DNA from: a bacterium
GTDB lineage: Bacteria; Patescibacteriota; Patescibacteriia; 2-12-FULL-60-25
Assembly (NCBI GenBank): GCA_024654265.1
Contig: JANLIO010000059.1
Coordinates: 1-48,218, forward strand
DNA length: 48,218 nt
Direction of reading: 5' to 3'
In this document: positions 45,261 through 48,218 of the stretch, piece by piece
Position numbering within the stretch: position 1 is the stretch's first letter
Layout of the letters: the number at the start of each line of letters is the position of its first letter
Program-made: the position numbers and the translations under genes
The notes under the pieces: generated by a model
What the model saw: only the letters and a program-made list of their open reading frames with translations
Databases searched by the model: none
What the model was told of the DNA's origin: nothing

Positions 45261-45476
45261 ATGAAAGCAACTGTTGTATTGATTGAGGATGGAAATTGTA
45301 TTCTTGAGTGTGAAGATGGGAAGCGTATTCAGCTTCCGTTTTTTGTATTGGAAGGAACTCCGGAGGTTGGGAAGAAGGTCGAGTTTCGCGCTGTCGTTCT
45401 TCAAGCACAGAATGCAGGGCAAATCGATTTTGCGAAAGACCTCATTAATGAGATACTGCAGGAATCAGAATCGTAG
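45261..45476 (+). CDS. Small protein, DUF3006-like
   Basis: 71 aa. MKATVVLIEDGNCILECEDGKRIQLP...EGTPEVGKKV resembles the DUF3006 pattern, from memory only. Confidence 0.45.
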   Translation: MKATVVLIEDGNCILECEDGKRIQLPFFVLEGTPEVGKKVEFRAVVLQAQNAGQIDFAKDLINEILQESES

Positions 45477-45527
45477 TTTGATAGATGGTTTTTAGAAAAA
45501 ATTGATTTTCTTCTTTTGAAACGTTAT

Positions 45528-47366
45528 ATGATAGACGAACAAAAAAATACATTAAAACTTGGAGCGATTTGGGCTTCTGTTCTTTTCGTGTCTATCACAT
45601 GCGTTGTGGCTCTTTTTGTGGGCGCTGAGTTTGGGTATTCACGTCTCTACGAAAATAGGATCTACCCTGGTACTCGAGTATATGGCGTTCGTGTGAATGG
45701 TTTGACTCGTGAAGAAGCCCGCGAAACAGTGCAAAAGCAAATTGATACAGAGCTTGTGCACGGATTTCGTTTTGTGTTTGTTGGGCAAGAAGTTCAATTG
45801 CAAAGTACGTTGCTTTCTACAGATCCGGACGCATCAAGAGATTTAATCCGATATGATGTTGAGCATGCGGTTGACGATGCATATGCGATTGGAAGGAATC
45901 GATCTTGGCTTCAAAATGCAGTTACCCAGCTCGCGGTTCGTGTCCGTGGTGCAAATGTGGTTGGAAATATCTTCCTAGACGAAGCCGTTCTTCATGATTC
46001 TCTGTTGGTTGCGTATGAGGAAAAGCTAAAGCCACCACAGGATGCGTCGTTTTCATACGTCATTGATTCTGCGGGTGTTCCGTTTATTCATATCGAGAAT
46101 GAACGGAGCGGATATATTCTTGAGATAGGAGATGCGCTTGAAACTCTTCGTTCACAAGCCGAGGCGTTAAATTTTCAGCCAATCGCGCTTCGCGAGACAC
46201 GTTCAGAGCCTTCCATATTTCGAGTTGATCTTGAGCCGATTCTTCCTGAAGTCGAACTTTTCCTTCAGCGTCCTGCGCTTACATTCACCTACTCTGGAAA
46301 ATCGTATGTGTTTGGACCGGCAGAGTTTTCGGGATGGATTGTTCCACGGCGAGGCGAAGATGGCGTGATGCATATCGCATTTGATGAAGCGCGTTTTGCG
46401 GAATCGATTCACACGCGTATTCCAGACTTGGAAAAAGAAGTTGTAAATGGAAACTTAGTTATTAAAGATGGAGTCATCGATTCGTTCACACCGGGGCAGA
46501 ATGGAAATACACTCAATGCATCTTCAACACTTGCAACGGTTTGGGGGGAGTGGCCGGAGAAAACAACATTTTCAATTGATACGGAAGTGATTCTCGCCTC
46601 GTTGCTTGGTGATGATCCGGAGCGTTTGGGTATTCGCGAAATCATTGGTGTTGGAACTTCGAATTTTGCAGGATCGCCTCAAAATCGACGGAAAAACATT
46701 GCCTTGGGAGTTGAAAAAGTAAATGGAACGATTATTCCACCGGGTGAGGAGTTTTCGCTGTTAAAAACATTAGGACCTGTTGATGGGGCGCATGGGTGGC
46801 TGACGGAATTGGTGATCAAAGGAAATAAAACAATACCTGAATTTGGTGGCGGATTATGTCAGATTGGAACAACCGTATTCCGTGGCACCATGGATTCAGG
46901 ATTGAAAATTATAGAACGTCAAAATCATTCGTATCGTGTGAGTTATTACGAGCCAGCGGGAACCGACGCAACGATTTATGAACCAGCGCCGGATTACCGT
47001 TTTTTGAATGATACAGGCAATTACATTTTAATTAATGGGTACATTCGAGGAGATGAGGTTGTCTTTGAATTTTGGGGAACGAGCGACGGTCGTACGGTTG
47101 AGCCTCGTACGCCAATTATTTACAACATCACGCCTCCGCCCCCAATGAAGCTTATTGAAACATTGGATTTACCGCCTGGAAAAAAGAAATGCACAGAGTC
47201 GGCACATGCTGGAGCAGATGCGAGTCTGAAATACATTGTGAATTATAAAGATGGCACAACATTTGAAGAGGAGTTCATCAGTCATTACCGACCGTGGCAG
47301 GCCGTGTGTCTCGTTGGCGTTGAAGAGTTATCCGTAAATGCAACAAGTACAGGGTTAGGAGAGTAG
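45528..47366 (+). CDS. VanW-family protein with an N-terminal TM anchor
   Basis: VanW-core pattern PPGEEFSLLKTLG...GGGLCQIGTTVFRG. Start at ATG 45528 (the track uses TTG 45516). Confidence 0.8.
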   Translation: MIDEQKNTLKLGAIWASVLFVSITCVVALFVGAEFGYSRLYENRIYPGTRVYGVRVNGLTREEARETVQKQIDTELVHGFRFVFVGQEVQLQSTLLSTDPDASRDLIRYDVEHAVDDAYAIGRNRSWLQNAVTQLAVRVRGANVVGNIFLDEAVLHDSLLVAYEEKLKPPQDASFSYVIDSAGVPFIHIENERSGYILEIGDALETLRSQAEALNFQPIALRETRSEPSIFRVDLEPILPEVELFLQRPALTFTYSGKSYVFGPAEFSGWIVPRRGEDGVMHIAFDEARFAESIHTRIPDLEKEVVNGNLVIKDGVIDSFTPGQNGNTLNASSTLATVWGEWPEKTTFSIDTEVILASLLGDDPERLGIREIIGVGTSNFAGSPQNRRKNIALGVEKVNGTIIPPGEEFSLLKTLGPVDGAHGWLTELVIKGNKTIPEFGGGLCQIGTTVFRGTMDSGLKIIERQNHSYRVSYYEPAGTDATIYEPAPDYRFLNDTGNYILINGYIRGDEVVFEFWGTSDGRTVEPRTPIIYNITPPPPMKLIETLDLPPGKKKCTESAHAGADASLKYIVNYKDGTTFEEEFISHYRPWQAVCLVGVEELSVNATSTGLGE

Positions 47367-47392
47367 TTCTTCCCCCTTGTGACTTGCTCCCG

Positions 47393-47398
47393 TATACT
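47393..47398 (+). promoter_or_regulatory. -10 element TATACT placed 6 nt before the hsp20 ATG
   Basis: TATACT-acaggc-ATG with no Shine-Dalgarno. Confidence 0.45.
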
Positions 47399-47404
47399 AC
47401 AGGC

Positions 47405-47770
47405 ATGTTGGAACAGGAAAATTGGTTTTCTCAAGATGAAGGGGAGCTTTCACTCGATGTTTTTCGTGATGGAGATGATCTTGTTATACGATCTTTGCTT
47501 GCCGGAGTGACGCAAGATGATCTCGATATTTCATTACATGACGACCTGCTTACAATCCGAGGAGATCGAAAGTCAACGCGAACAATTCAAGAAAAAGATT
47601 GGGTCACTCAAGAATGTTATTGGGGAGCTTTTAGCCGATCACTTGTTCTTCCATTTGATGTTGATTCGGAACACGTCAACGCATCCATGGAAAATGGCAT
47701 TTTAGAAATTCGTATACCAATTCAAAAGCAAAAAAAATCCGTTCAAGTACGGTTTGTCGAAGGGCGATAG
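47405..47770 (+). CDS. Hsp20/alpha-crystallin family small heat-shock protein
   Basis: Alpha-crystallin domain (LSLDVFRDGDDLVIRS...ENGILEIRIP). Confidence 0.88.
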   Translation: MLEQENWFSQDEGELSLDVFRDGDDLVIRSLLAGVTQDDLDISLHDDLLTIRGDRKSTRTIQEKDWVTQECYWGAFSRSLVLPFDVDSEHVNASMENGILEIRIPIQKQKKSVQVRFVEGR

Positions 47771-47773
47771 AAA

Positions 47774-47850
47774 GTGTGGAGTGAAGAGTGCAAAGCGTGA
47801 GGCGTGGAGCGTGGAGCGCAAGGCGCGAAGCGCGAAGCGTGGAGCGTTGT
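47774..47850. repeat. Tandem heptamer tract, 11 units of G(C/T)G-N4 (GCGTGGA, GCGCGAA and variants), followed by T9
   Basis: Units read contiguously from 47774 to 47850. T-run at 47852-47860. Confidence 0.85.
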
Positions 47851-47860
47851 ATTTTTTTTT

Positions 47861-48110
47861 GTCATCCTTTCCGAATGCGTTCGGGGGGAACTCGGAGAAA
47901 AACAGTGTGCCATCTTCTAACTTATGATTCTCCCCTTGGAAGGGGAGATACAGAGGGGTATCGAAAAAACCTCCCCGCTCCCCTCCTTAGTAAGGAGGGG
48001 GTTGATCTTATCTAAAGAGCACTCATAAGGAGTATCCCTATGATTATTCCAAATTCCCTTCTATGAAAATCGGATGTCCGACACCCAATCAAACGGACAC
48101 CCCGTGTCCC
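47861..48110. repeat. Hairpin-rich mosaic repeat block at the right window edge, partly inverted relative to the left block
   Basis: Hairpins CCGAA/TTCGG, TCTCCCCTT/AAGGGGAGA, CCCCTCCTTA/TAAGGAGGGG and GGACAC/GTGTCC. 47927-47983 matches the reverse complement of 213-270 at about 50 of 58 positions. 48046-48086 matches the reverse complement of 80-120 at about 36 of 41. Confidence 0.65.
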
Positions 48111-48218
48111 AGTTTCATCAAACCTTCAAAACTCCTAACCTATTAATCTAATGGACAGGGGTTTGGGGGTCGCCTGCCTGTTTGAGTGATCTAGCGATAG
48201 CGTTGAACGAGTTCAGCC

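Noticed and set aside
1-48218. Inverted repeats at both window ends read as the terminal inverted repeats of a linear plasmid, phage or giant transposon.
   Set aside because: The interior is core chromosome (rpoBC, gyrA, recA, leuS, ftsK). There are no replication, packaging or transposition genes. The repeats are imperfect mosaics set back from the exact ends. A dispersed repeat family is the simpler explanation.
1-48218. Looked for CRISPR arrays, rRNA genes, IS elements, integrases, reverse transcriptase/DGR repeats and stop-codon recoding.
   Set aside because: No regularly spaced 25-40 nt repeats, rRNA signatures or transposase/integrase/RT motifs appear in any ORF. Long genes (rpoB, rpoC, leuS, gyrA) are intact under the standard code, so UGA recoding is not indicated.

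Overview
This 48.2-kb segment looks like chromosome from a small-genome bacterium. Its gene content and compact layout resemble Patescibacteria/CPR, but that is inference only. All calls come from reading the sequence and ORF track; no BLAST, HMM, covariance-model or folding search was possible. Most genes are housekeeping: ruvB, malic enzyme, lexA, dinB, leuS, comEC-like, recA, ftsK, rodZ-like, rpoB-rpoC-yebC-ruvC, gyrA, clpP, a DHH phosphoesterase, a short SMC, hsp20, tRNA-Leu(UAA) and tRNA-Gly(GCC). Accessory content: (1) an AT-rich type II restriction-modification island at 38.8-40.8 kb; (2) a RelE/ParE-Phd toxin-antitoxin pair between lexA and dinB; (3) several GC-richer orphan genes with perfect Shine-Dalgarno sites, while native genes have none. 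The largest such block is a four-gene minus-strand cassette at 21.4-23.2 kb, followed by about 0.6 kb of ORF-free, hairpin-rich DNA and a candidate small RNA just upstream of rpoB. Main sequence-level observations: the 10-mer GTTCTATTTT occurs five times, three times as a full GTTC-N7-GTTC direct repeat at lexA, dinB and recA, suggesting a direct-repeat SOS box. Several native genes have a -10 hexamer 6-8 nt before the ATG, consistent with leaderless mRNAs. Degenerate tandem heptamer tracts recur in four intergenic regions. The two window ends carry inverted copies of a mosaic hairpin-repeat element. A roughly 310-nt region with two consensus-like promoters and a terminator precedes the DUF3006-VanW genes. 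No CRISPR array, rRNA, transposase, integrase or reverse transcriptase was seen. I could not assign a function to the GC-rich cassette; it and its adjacent RNA-like region are the best candidates for something undescribed.
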